Assembly (NCBI GenBank): GCA_976551045.1
Contig: CDPCPM010000241.1
Span: forward strand, 620,001-684,000
Direction of reading: 5' to 3'
Origin: Glaucostegus cemiculus
Taxonomy: Eukaryota
Length of the DNA: 64,000 nt
Shown here piece by piece: positions 12,452-23,890 of the stretch. The translations under genes and the position numbers were made by a program. Under the pieces are notes generated by a model, which was not told the origin of the DNA, did no database searches, and saw nothing but the letters and a program-made list of their open reading frames with translations. How positions within the stretch are numbered: the stretch's first letter is position 1; each line of letters starts with the position of its first letter.

Positions 12452-13094
12452 TTTGAAGATGTTCAAAGAGGAATTTGGAGTGGGAGGGGAAAGATCCAAT
12501 TGTCAAGGTCCATGTGGGTACCAACGATGAAGGTACAACAAGGAAAGAAGTTCCACTGAGGGAATTTGAGCAGCTAGGGACTAAATTAAAAAAACGCAAC
12601 CAAAAAGGTAATAATTTCTGGATTGCTACCTGAAGCACGTACAAATTGGCAGAGGTCCAATAAGATCAGACAGTTAAGTGCATGGCTCAAAGATTGGTGT
12701 GGGAGAAGTGGGTTTGAATTTGTGGAACATTGGCACCAGTATTGGGGAAGGAGGGAGCTGTTCTGATGGGAGGGGATCCACCTGAAACACACTGGGACCA
12801 GGGTTCTGGAGAATCACATAACTAGGGCTATAGACAGGGCTTTAAACTAAATAGTGTGGGGGGTGGGGGGAAGGGTGGGTTCAACAGATTAGCAAAGTAT
12901 GGATAAAGTAAAAGGGGAAGGAGAGTGCAAGAGAGGTTACTGAAGTCTCCAGAGTAAAGAATAAGACAGAAAGTTTAGAAAGGGATAAGAATTTAACTTC
13001 AGGCAACATGAAGACAAATTTGAGAAGAAGGGTGGTGAATACAGGACTGAAAGTGTTGTATTTGAATGCATGCAGTGTATAAAATAAGGTAGAT

Positions 13095-13329
13095 TGTAGC
13101 AGCCAGCAGGGTGCGACTTAGAAGAACACGAGGACACGGAGACTCGATCGAGCACTCTTTTAATAGCTCACCAAAAGCCGCGCATATCCCGAATTACAAA
13201 AAACATGGCCGGCGGAAGTGACGTCATACTCCCGCCGGAAGTCCCGCCTTCCGGCGCTATCGCGAGAACCCGCGCATTTCCCCGCGACGGCTGACGGCGT
13301 TTCAGACCCCGGTAGCGTGAATTGCTACA
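13095..13329 (-). repeat. Gypsy 3' LTR
   Basis: tgtagc...gctaca terminal inverted repeats; 16 substitutions versus 17071-17305 by manual alignment. Confidence 0.97.
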
Positions 13330-16300
13330 CCACCCCCCCCAGAAGCGCCCAGCGGAGGCGCGGGGCCATCAACCCGATCGTTCAGCTTGGGAGGCCTGCC
13401 CCGCCGGCACGGCGAAGGCACCCTGACCAGGTGTGCAATGTCCAGATGCGCCGGCTTCAGGCGGTCCACTGTGAAAGTCTGCTCACGACCCCCAACCTTG
13501 ATGACATATGTTGAACCACGGCACCGGACCACCTGGAAAGGCCCCTCGTACGGCTTCTGCAGGGGTGACCCATGAGCCCCCCGGCAGATGAAAACGTACT
13601 CACAGCCCTGGAGGTCCTTCGGAACGAAAGAAGGCGCTGTGCCGTGCCTGGAGGCCGGGATCGATGCCAATGTCCCCACCTTGGCCCGCAGCTTCGCCAA
13701 CACTTCCGCCGGGGTCCCTGCTGGGTCCTGAGCCCAGGTAAGAACTCGCCCGGTACCATGAAGGGGGAACCGTAGACCAGCTCGGCTGAGGAGGTGCCCA
13801 AACCTTCCTTGGGGGCCGTACGGATACCCAGCAGGACCCAGGGGAGCTCGTCTGTCCAGTTAGGTCCCTGCAGGCGAGCCATGAGGGCAGACTTGAGGTG
13901 CCGGTGGAAACGCTCCACCAAACCATTGGCCTGCGGGTGGTATGCTGTGGTGTGATGCAGGTGGGAACCCAGGAGCTGCGCCAGTGCCATCCACAAGCCA
14001 GACGTGAACTGCGCCCCTTGGTCGGAGGTAATGTCTGTCGGGAGGCCAAACCGGGCAATCCAGTGGGCAATGAGGGCTCTGGCACAGGACGCGGTGGACG
14101 TGTCCGCCAGCGGCACTGCCTCTGGCCACCTGGTGAACCGGTCCACCACAGTGAAAATGTACCTGGCGCCCCGGGACACTGGCAGCGGTCCGACGATGTC
14201 CACGTGAATATGCCAGAATCTGCCAAGCGTAGGCTGAAAATGCTGGAGGGGAGCCTTCACGTGCCGCTGGACCTTGGCCGTCTGACAGTGCACGCAGGTT
14301 CTGGCCCAGTGCCCCACCTGCTTGCGTAGACCATGCCATACGAATTTTTCCGCCACCATCCGGATAGTCGCCCTGATGGACGGGTGGGCCAGGCCATGCA
14401 GGATGTCGAAAACCGGTCGTCTCCACGCTGCTGGCACCACCGGCCTGGGTCTGCCAGTAGACGTGTTGCACAGGAGCTGGGTCGCCGTAGGGCCAATAAG
14501 GACATCTTCCAGCTGGAGTCTGAGAGCGCGGTGTGGTATGCCGGGATCTCGTCGTCTGCCTGCTGCGCTTGCGCCAGCACCGTGTAGTCGACGCCCGTGG
14601 CTGGGGTGGTCGCTGAGTGGATGTGGGGGCGGGACAGTATGTCGGCGACCACATTGCTCTTCCCAGCGATGTGGTGGATGTCGGTGGTAAACTCCGAAAT
14701 GAAGGAGAGGTGCCATTGCTGCCGATCTGACCACGGGTCTGACGTCTTTGCCAGGGCAAACGTGAGGGGTTTGTGGTCTGTGTAGATGGTTAAGTACCTC
14801 CCCTCAAGGAAATAACGGAAGTGGCGGACAGCCAGGTAAAGAGCCAGCAGCTCCCTGTCAAAAACGCTGTACCTGACCTCTGGCGGCCGCAAATGTCGGC
14901 TGAAAAAAGCGAACGGTCTCCACTGACCCTCAACGAGTTGTTCCAACATCCCACCGACCGCCGTATCGGAAGCGTCGACAGTGAGCGCTGTGGGGACGTC
15001 GACTCTTGGGTGCACCAGGAGTGTTGCCTTGGCCAGTGCCTCCTTAGCCTGATCGAAAGCTGCCGAGGCCTCCGCGTCCCAAACCACATTCTTGGCCTTG
15101 CCGGCCATGAGTCCGAACAAGGGCTGCATGATGCATGCTGCTGTGGGAACAAAACGGTGGTAGAAGTTCACCATCCCCACGAATTCTTGCAGGCCCTTGA
15201 CCGTGTAGGGCTTGGGAAATTGGAGGACGGCCTGCACCTTGTCGGGTAGCGGGGCGGCGCCATGCTGGTTCACCCTATGGCCCAAGAAGTCGATCTCCCG
15301 CAGCCCGAACTGGCACTTCGCCCGGTTGATCACCAACCCGTGGTCGCTCAGGCGCTAGCAGAGCTGACGGAGATGGGCTGAGTGCTCCTTGCGTGACTTG
15401 CTGGCTACCAGGATGTCATCCAGGTACACAACACTGAAATCGAGGCCTCTGCTCACTGAGTCCATTAGCTGTTGAAAAGTCTGGGTGGCGTTCTTTAGGC
15501 CGAAAGGCATTCGGAGGAACTCGAACAGCCCAAAGGGGGTGATGAGGGCTGTCTTGGGCACGTCATCGGGGTGAACAGGGATCTGATGGTATCCCCGGAC
15601 CAGGTCAATCCTAGAGAAAATGGTCGCCCCATGGAGGTTCGCTGTGAAGTCCTGGACGTGGGGCACAGGGTACCTGTCGGCAGTCGTGGCATCATTGAGC
15701 TTCCTGTAGTCTCCGCAGGGTCTCCATCCCCCGCTGCTTTGGGCACCATGTGAAGCGGGGATGCCCATGGGCTGTCGGAACGGCGGATGATGCCCAACTC
15801 CTCCATCCTGCGAAACTCCTCCTTGGCGAGGTGGAGCTTGTCGGGTGGGAGCTTGCGGACACGGGCGTGTAGCGGAGGTCTCTGCGTGGTGATGTAGTGC
15901 TGCACACTGTGCTTGGGGACTGCAGCGGAGAATTGTGGGGTAATGGAAGGAAACTCTGCCAACACCTTAGCAAACTCGTTGTTGGAGAGTGCAACAGAGT
16001 CAAGGTGGGGGCAGGTGACCGGGCCTTCCCGAGTTGGTAGCTTTGGAAAACCTCTGCATGGACCAGACGCCGGCCCTTCAGATTGACCAGCAAGCGGTTG
16101 GCGCGCAGGAAGTCCGCCCCTAGTAGTGGCTGCGATACCGCTGCTACAGTGAAGGTCCAGGTAAACGAACTGGTCCCAAAACGTAACGGGATGGTGTGCA
16201 GGCCGTAGGTGCGGATGGTAGAGCCGTTCACAGCGGTGAGTTCAGGGCCTTTGACCACGTTGAGGGTATCCATGTCGGGGGGGGGGGGAAGGACGCTGAT

Positions 16301-16410
16301 TTCGGCCCCCGTATCCACCAGGAAACACCGCCCAGTGAGCTGGTCCCAAAGGAAGAGTAGGCTGTCTTGCTGGCCAGCCGTCGAAGCCACTAACGACGGC
16401 TGGCCTCGGT
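13302..16410 (-). pseudogene. pol: Gypsy pol (protease, RT, RNase H, integrase), frameshifted
   Basis: FLVDTGAEISV; SPWASPLHMVPK, WRPCGDYRKLN, RMPFGLKNA, YLDD; VDASD, DRELLALY, YTDHKPL; H-X3-H...CVHC, VDIVGPLP, TSDQGAQF, GLVERFHR; KPYEGPF. Spread over several frames with an internal stop. Confidence 0.97.
13330..13340 (-). promoter_or_regulatory. Polypurine tract
   Basis: G-run (GGGGGGGGTGG on minus) immediately before the 3' LTR. Confidence 0.8.
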
Positions 16411-16417
16411 GTTTCCC
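16372..16417 (-). promoter_or_regulatory. -1 programmed ribosomal frameshift signal
   Basis: G GGA AAC heptamer (16417-16411), 5-nt spacer, then a perfect 12-bp stem GGCCAGCCGTCG/CGACGGCTGGCC with a 10-nt loop. pol is in the -1 frame relative to the gag tail. Confidence 0.85.
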
Positions 16418-17032
16418 GGGAAAGAACATGGCGACTGGCAGCGGCGCGCATTCGTCCTCTGTGGGCCCTGACAGTTTGGGTTTCGGAACCTTAGCCGGAG
16501 GCTGCGAGGCTGCCGCTACACAGGCGGAGGCCACTCCTCGCCGCCGACTGCACCAAATGACGTCCGCTGTGGCCGCGAGGGCGCGCGGGTCGCTGAAATC
16601 TCCGCTGGCGAGGAGGGGGCGCATATCATCCGGGAGTTGCTCGAGGAATAGCTGCCGGAACAGGAAACATGGCTGATGGCCGTCCATGAGTGCTAGCATC
16701 TCGTCCATCAACTCGGAGGGCTTGTGGTTGCCCAGGCCATCCATATGGAGGAGCCTCGTGGCTCGGTCGCTGAGGGAAAGGCCGAACGTGCGGATGAGGA
16801 GAGCCTTTATTTGAGCGTACCTGTCCTCCATCGGTGGCTGGTGTAGAAAATCGATGATGCGACCGGCCGCGTCCTGGTCGAGGGCGCTGACCACGTAGTA
16901 ATACTTCGTGGCGTCGGTTTCGATGCCCCTGACGCTGAACTGGTCCTCAGCCTGTGCAAACCAAACTTGAGGCTGTGAGGTCCAGAAAGCCGGGACCTTG
17001 AGTGCCACGGCGTTGTGGGAGTCAGTATTCAT
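16390..17032 (-). pseudogene. gag: Gypsy gag
   Basis: ATG at 17032; PAFWTSQPQVWFAQAEDQF...TKYYYVVSALD...FLEQLP. The shifted-frame tail ARRCQSPCSFPGNTEASRR ends at TAG 16392-16390. Confidence 0.9.
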
Positions 17033-17054
17033 GATTCCAGATGCCGTCTGGAAT

Positions 17055-17068
17055 CGTCAGGGTCACCA
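17055..17068 (-). promoter_or_regulatory. Primer binding site, tRNA-Trp type
   Basis: TGGTGACCCTGACG, 2 nt after the 5' LTR; one mismatch to the Trp PBS TGGTGACCCCGACG. Confidence 0.85.
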
Positions 17069-17070
17069 AA

Positions 17071-17305
17071 TGTAGCAGCCAGCAGGGTGCGACTTAGAAG
17101 AACACGAGGACACAGAGACTCGATCGAGCACGCTTTTAATAGCTCACCAAAAGCCACGCATATCCCGAACTACAAAAACCATGGCTGGCGGAAGTGACGT
17201 CATACTCCCGCCGGAAGTCCCACCTTCTGGCACTATCGCGAGAACTCGCACATTTCCCCGTGACGGCCGACGGCGTTTCAGACCCCGGTAGTGTGAGTCG
17301 CTACA
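17071..17305 (-). repeat. Gypsy 5' LTR
   Basis: Direct repeat of 13095-13329; adjacent to the PBS. Confidence 0.97.
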
Positions 17306-20049
17306 GATGAGCTCATGGCGCAGTTAGAAACTGGCAGGTATGATTTTGCGGGTATCACAGAGTGGTGGTTGTTGAAAGAAGGTCACAACTGAGAGCTAAA
17401 CATCCAAGGGTACACATCCTATTGAAAAGATAGGCAGCTGGGTAGAGGAGGTGGGATGGCCCCATTGGTAAAAAATGAAATCAAATCCTTAGCGAGAAGT
17501 GATATAGGATCAGAAGATGTACAATCCTTGTGGGTGGAATTAAGAACCTGAAGAGTAAAAAGACCCTGATGGGAATTATATACAGGCCTCTGAATAGTAG
17601 CCAGGATGTGGCGTACCAATTACAACAGAAAATAGAAAAGGCATGTAAGAAGGGCAATGTTACAATGGTCGTGGAGGATTTCAGTATGGAGGCAGATTGG
17701 GAAAATGAGGTTGGTACTGGATCCCAAGAGAAGGAATTTGTAGAATGCCTATGAGATGGCTTTTTAGAGCAGCTTGTGGTTGAGCCCACTAGGGAAAGGA
17801 CAATTCTGGATTTGGTGTTGTACCATGAACTAGATTTGATTAGGGAGCTTAAGGTATAGAAACGCTTATGCAGCAGTGATCATAATATGATATTTACCCT
17901 ACAGTTTGAGACGAAGAAGCTAAAATTGGATATATTGGTGTTACAACTGAGTGAAGGTAACTATGGAGGCATGAAAGAAGAGATGGCTAAAGTTGATTGA
18001 AAGGGGTCCTGAGCAGGGATGATGGTAGATTAGCAATGGCAGGAGTTTCTGGGAGTAATTCGGAAGGCGCCGGATCAGTTCATCCCAAAGAAGCATTCTA
18101 AAGGGAGGATGAGGCAACAAGGAAAGTCAAAGCCAGCATAAAAGCAAAAGAGAGGGCATACAGTATTGAAAATTAGTGGGAAACTAGAGGACTACAAAGC
18201 TTTTAAAAACCAACAGAAGGCAATTAAAAAACCAATAAGGGGAGAAAAGATGAAATATAAAGATAAACTCGCCAATGATATAAAAGAGGATACCAAAAGC
18301 TTTTTCAGATATATAAAGAGTAAAAGAGAGGCAAGAATGGACATCAGACTGCTGGAAAATGATGCTGGATAGGTAGTCATGGGAACAAAGAAATGGCAGA
18401 TGAACTGAAAAACCTTTTGCATCAGTCACTGTGGAAGACACCAGCGAGGCGCTAGGAATTTAAGAGCGTCAGGGAGCAGAAGTGAGTGTAGTTGTTATTA
18501 TTATGGAGAAGGTGCTTGGGAAGCTGAAAGGTCTGAAGGTTGATAAGTCACTTGGACCAGATGGACTTCACTCCAGAGTTCTGAAAGAGGTAGCTGAAGA
18601 GATTGTGGAGGCATTAGTAGTGATCTTTCAAGAATCATTAGAGTCAGGAATGGTTCAGAGGACTGGAAAATTGCAAATGTCACTCTATTCTTCAAGAAGG
18701 GAGGGAGACAAAAGACAGGAAATTATAGGCCAGTTAGCCTGACTTCAGTGGTTGTTTAGAGTCCATCATTAAGGATGATGTTTCAGGGTACTTGGAAGCA
18801 CATGGTAGAACAGGCTGAAGTCAGCATGGTTTCCTTAAGGGGAGATCTTGCCTGACAAATCAGTTGGAATTCTTTGAGGAAGCAACAGGGAGGATAGACA
18901 AAGGAGAGTCAATGGATATCGTTTACTTGTATTTTCAGAAGGTGCCGCACATGAGGCTGATAAACAAGTTAGGAACCCATTGTATTACAGGAAAGATACT
19001 AGCATGGATAGAAGGATGGCTGACTGGCTAAAAACAAAGAGTGGGAATAAAGGGGGACTTTTCCGGTTGGCTGCCCATGACTAATGATGTTCCTCAGGGG
19101 TTGGTGTTGGGTCTGCTACTTTTCACGTTATATGTTAATGATCTGGATGACGGAATTGAGGGCTTTGTGGCCAAGTTTGTGGATGATACAAAGATAGGTG
19201 GAGGGGCAGGTGGTGTTGAGGAACAGAGAATCTGCAGAAGGACTTGGACGGGTTGGGAGAATGGGCAAAGAAGTGGCAGATGGAACATAGTGTAGGGAAG
19301 TGTATGGTCATGCACTTTGGTAGAAGGAATAAAGGCATAGACTATTCTCCAAATGGGGAGTGAAATTAGAAAACGGAGGTGCAAAGGGACTTGGAAGTCC
19401 TAGTGCAGGATTTCCTAAAGGTTAACTTGCAGATTGAGTCAGTAGTAAGGAAGGCAAATTAAATGTTAGTACTTATTTCGAGAGGACTAGAATATACAAG
19501 CAAGGATGTAATGCTGAGGCTTTATAAAGTGTTGGTCAGACCACATTTGAGTATTCTGAGTAGTTTTGGGCCCCAGATCTAAGGTAGTATGTGCTGGCAT
19601 TGGAAAGGGTTTACAAGAATGATCCCAGGAATGAAAGGGTTAATGTATGAGGACCATTTGATGGTTCTGCGCCTGTACTCGCTGGAGTTTAGAAAGATGG
19701 GGGAATCTCATTGAAACCTGCTGAACATTGAAAGGATGTGGAGAGGATGTTTCCAGTAGTGGGAGAATCTAGGACCAGAGGGAACAGCCTCAGAATAGGA
19801 CATTCCTTTAGAACAGAGATGAGGATGAATTTCTTGAGCCAGAGAGTGGTGAATCTGTGGAAGTCATTGCAATAGACGGCTGTGGAGGCCAAGTCATGGA
19901 GGTTGATAGGTTCTTGATTAGTAAGACCGTCAAAGGTTATAGGGCAAAGGCGGGAGAATGGGATTGAGAGGGAAAAATAAATCAGCCATGATTGAATGGT
20001 GGAGCAGACTCGATGGGCTGAATGGCCTAATTCTGCTCCTATGTCTTAT

Positions 20050-20395
20050 GTGCACAAATCACTAAAAGTTAATGTGAAAGTATAGCATCAATTGGGAAGT
20101 CAAATAATATGTTGGCCTTTACTATAAGAGGGTTCGAGTACAAGAGCAGAGTTGTTTTGCTTCAATTACCTATAGCCCTGGTGTGATTACACCTGGAATA
20201 TTGTGCACATGTCTGGTCTCCTTGCCTAAGAAAGGATATCCTTGTGATGGAAGGAATGCAACTTTCACCAGACTGATTCCTGGGATGGATGGGGTGGGGT
20301 GGGATGAGTTGTGGTTATCCTTGTGGGAGAGATTGGGCAGACAGTGCTTGTACTCTCCTGACTTTAGAAGATTGAAAATATTCCAGAACTAGAGA
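20050..20395 (+). mobile_element. Old CR1, 3' continuation of the outer element
   Basis: gtgcacaaatcactaaaagtt (VHKSLKV), MLAF..RGFEYKS, HLEYC. Confidence 0.75.
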
Positions 20396-20689
20396 GGAAT
20401 ACAGGATTTATGAAATGTAAAGGCCCTTTGAGATGTATTTAGAAAGGAAGGAAATATTGTGAGGAAAGTAATGTAGAGTTGGAGGACTAATGGACCTTCA
20501 ACAAAACTGAGCAATAGTAACAGGGAGTCTTCACATCATCATGTGCACGGTTGCCTATAACAAAGTCTGTAAAATTAAGACTTCTAGCACAGAAGGAACA
20601 ATATTGATAGTCTCTTTAGCAATATTCATTTCAGAATGCAAAAACTAAACTTCTGAATATTCATCCATCTGGACATTTCAGGAATCAGT

Positions 20690-21058
20690 ATCCAGCTAAC
20701 TAAGCTACCAATCAGAGATCCAGAATAACAATTTGGAGTTGTATTCAAATCTGACAATGGCAGCTGGGGGATTAAAATTCCAATGACTATATCTGGAAAA
20801 AAGATCAGTATAATTGATGAAATTACCTGATTGAAATAAAAATAAATTCTGATTCATTTCTGCCTGTTAGGGAAAGAAATCGATTTTCTTGTCCAGTCTG
20901 GTCTCTGTGTGACTGTAAACCTACAGTGAGGTTGAGCTCAACACTGGGCTTCCCTCTAAAATGGTCGATGAAGAATTGGGTTTCAAAGGCAACTGAGGGC
21001 AGACAAGAAATACTGGCCAGGCCACTACTGCCCACATCCTGGGAATGAATTAAAAAAA
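20690..21058 (+). mobile_element. Old tRNA-derived SINE with LINE-type tail
   Basis: ttcaaatctgacaatggcagctggggg...ttagggaaagaaatc...tgcccacatcctgggaatgaattaaaaaaa; related minus-strand copy at about 59500-59830. Confidence 0.65.
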
Positions 21059-21929
21059 TCTCCAGCATTCTTCCGTAACTCCTTCCCACCTAGAGTTGCA
21101 GCACAAGGAGCATCAAGTTACACACAAATCACGTGGGTGTGCAGGAGTTTTGTTCTGAAGTGATGTTTGTTGCCAGCCAGGTAAAAATTGTCGTGCACTT
21201 TGTATGATTTGCAGAAATGAAGCAGAAACCATACATTTTTGTTCCATGTGACACCATTTCAGTATGGATTGGTACAGGGAATGCACGCAACACCATTCTG
21301 GTTTTGATGTCTCACAGCGATCTTGGGCATCCACATATAACAAACACAGGCATCATTTGAATATGTTCAAAGGGGATCTGCTCATAAATCAGAGCTCATT
21401 TATGAAAGTGGCCTCTGTACGAGCCTGAAAGGCCATTTCCTTCACATGCTCAACAAATTATGGTTGGTACCTTTGATGAAGAGCTTTTGTAACTGCTATT
21501 TAAAAAAAATCTTCATCTTCATTAAGTTAAGTCTCTGGTTCATTTTTGTAAACTATAGGCTGTGTTTGGGGCGCTCTTTTATTTGTTTTGTCAAGTTTAA
21601 AATAGTATTGCAAATTAATTCTTTTTAGGACTTGTTTATCCTCAGTAATTTAACACACTGCTGACCTCACCCCGAGGCTCCAAAACCAGGAGAAAGAGCA
21701 GTAATGAGGTAAGCATTAAAGACCTACACCAGGCACGGGAGGAGGCCCAGGGAGACCAGGGTATGGGAGCATTATAACATGCAAGTATCCAGGAAGAAAT
21801 CATGATGATCTAAACCTTGCACCAGTGTCCAAGGCACACACTGTCACTTACCATTGATACCTGTTGTTGCAATGTCCTGAATCATTCCTTCTTTTCCTTG
21901 GCCTTCATCAACTCCTTCTATCCATTTGA

Positions 21930-23890
21930 GCCATAGAACATAGAACATTACAGCACAGTACAGGCCCTTCAGCCCATGATGTCATGTCAACCTTTTAACT
22001 TACTCTAAGATCAATCTAACCATTCCCTACCACATACCCCTCCATTTTTCTATCATCCATGTCACTATCTAAGAGTGTCTTAAATGTCCCTAATGTATCT
22101 GCCTCTACCCCTGGCAGTGCATTCCATGCACCCACCACTCTCTGTGTAAAAAAACTTACCCCCGATAGTCCCTCTGCACTTTCCTCCAATCACCTTAAAA
22201 TTATGGCCCCTCGTGTTAGCCATTTCTACTCTGGAAAAAATTCTCTGACCGTCCACTTGATCTATGCCTCTTATTATCTTGTACACCTCTACCAGGTCAC
22301 CTCTCAACCTGCTTAGCTCCAAAGGGAAAAGCCCTAGCTGGCTCAGCCTGTCCTCAAAACACATGCTCTCCAATCCAGGTAGAATCCTGGTTAATCTCCT
22401 CTGCACCCTTTCTAAAGCTTCCACATCCTTCCTGTAGTGAGGTGACCAGATGGTGTAGCAGTTAGTGTAACACTATTACAATGCCAGTGACCCGGCTTGA
22501 ATTCCTGCTGGTGTCTGTAAGGAGTTTGTATGTTCTCCCCGTGTCTGCATGGGTTTCCTCTGGTTGCTCCGGTTTCCTCCCGCATTCCAAAGATGTACAG
22601 GTTAGGAGTTGTGGGCATGCTACATTGACACCGGAAGAGTGGCGACACTTTCGGGCTGCCCCCTGTACTTTCTCAGTATCGCAAAAAGACGCATTTCAGT
22701 GTGTGCTTCAATGTACATGTGACTAATAAATTAATATCTTATCTTAAGTGTGGTTGAACAAGGGTTTTATAGAGCTGCAACATTACCTCGCAGCCCTTGA
22801 ACTCAATCCCCTGACTAATGAAGGCCAGCACTCCATACGTCTTCTTAACAACCCTATCAACTTGAGTGGCAACTTTGAAGGGTCTATGGACTTGAACCAC
22901 AAGATTTTTCTGTTCCTCCACACTGTTAAGAACCCTGCCATTAACTCTGTATTCTGCCTTCAAGTTTCACCTTCCAAAGTGAATCACTTCACTCTTTTCT
23001 GTGTTGAACACCATCTGTCACTTCTCAGCCCAGCTTTGGATCCTATCAATGCCCCATTGTAACCCTCAAAAACCTTCCACATTATCCACAACACCACCAA
23101 CCTCCGTGTCATCTGCAAACTTACTAACACACTCTTCCACTTCCTCATCCAAGTCATTTATAAAAATCACAAAGAGCAGGGGTTCCAGAACAGATCCCTG
23201 TGGCATACCACTGGTCACTGCCCTCCAGGAAGAATACGCTCCATCTACAACCACCCTCTGCCTTCTATGGGTAAGCCAATAGCCACAAAGCCAATTTCCC
23301 TGGATCCCAAGCCTCCTGACCTTCTGAAGGAGCCTATCATGGGGAACCTTTTCAAATGCCTTACTAAAGTCCATATACACCACATCCATTCACAAAGCCA
23401 TGCTGACTATTCCTAATCAGACTATGCTTTTCCCAGTGGTCATAAATCTTGTCCCTAAGAATCTTTTCTAATAATTTGCCCACCATTGAAGTAAGACTCA
23501 CTGGTCTACAATTCCCAGGGTTATCCCTACTCCCTCTCTTGAACAAAAGAATAACATTTGCCACCCTCCAATCATCTGATACTACTACTCCTGTGGCCAG
23601 TGAGGATGCAAAGATCATATCCAAAAGCGCAGTAATCTGCAGCTGTGATACAGTCCCTGCTTATCAATGCCACTCCCTCACCTCTCTTACCTCCCTCCCT
23701 GACCCTTTTGAAACATCTAAACCCCAGAACATCCTACAGCCTTTCCTGCCCTTGTGACAGCCAAGACTTTGTAATGGCCGCAACATCGTAGTTCCATGCA
23801 CTGATCCATGCTCTAAGTTCTTCACCTTGCATTAAAATAGACACACTTCAACCCATCCCACTGATTGCAATTTTGCCCAATCAACTGCCT
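21930..23890 (-). mobile_element. CR1 with internal deletions and a nested SINE
   Basis: ORFs [41 protein letters not shown] and ALERVQRR. Tail catagaacatagaac. Confidence 0.95.
22451..22746 (+). mobile_element. V-SINE with Rex1-like tail, nested in CR1
   Basis: Same family as 1645-1955; ends gtacatgtgactaataaattaatatcttatctt. Confidence 0.9.

Larger units (their letters stand above)
13095..17305 (-). mobile_element. Near-complete Ty3/Gypsy LTR retrotransposon, decayed
   Basis: Two 235-bp TG...CA LTRs, PBS, PPT, and domain order gag-PR-RT-RH-INT. Confidence 0.98.
12452..20049 (+). mobile_element. Long CR1 LINE (partial ORF1 SGNH esterase plus ORF2 APE-RT), interrupted by Gypsy at 13095-17305
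   Basis: ORF1 VHVGTND...SGLLP...WLKDWC...GIHL ends about 12850. ORF2 LKVLYLNACS..NKV|DEL is followed by GITEWW, GPDGLHSRVLKE, RPVSLTS, VPQG and KFVDDTK. 3' end ctaattctgctcctatgtcttatg. Many stops. Confidence 0.93.

Noticed and set aside
13218-16676. Many long alternative-frame and antisense ORFs in the Gypsy
   Set aside because: Expected from high GC content and overlap with pol; no recognisable domains.
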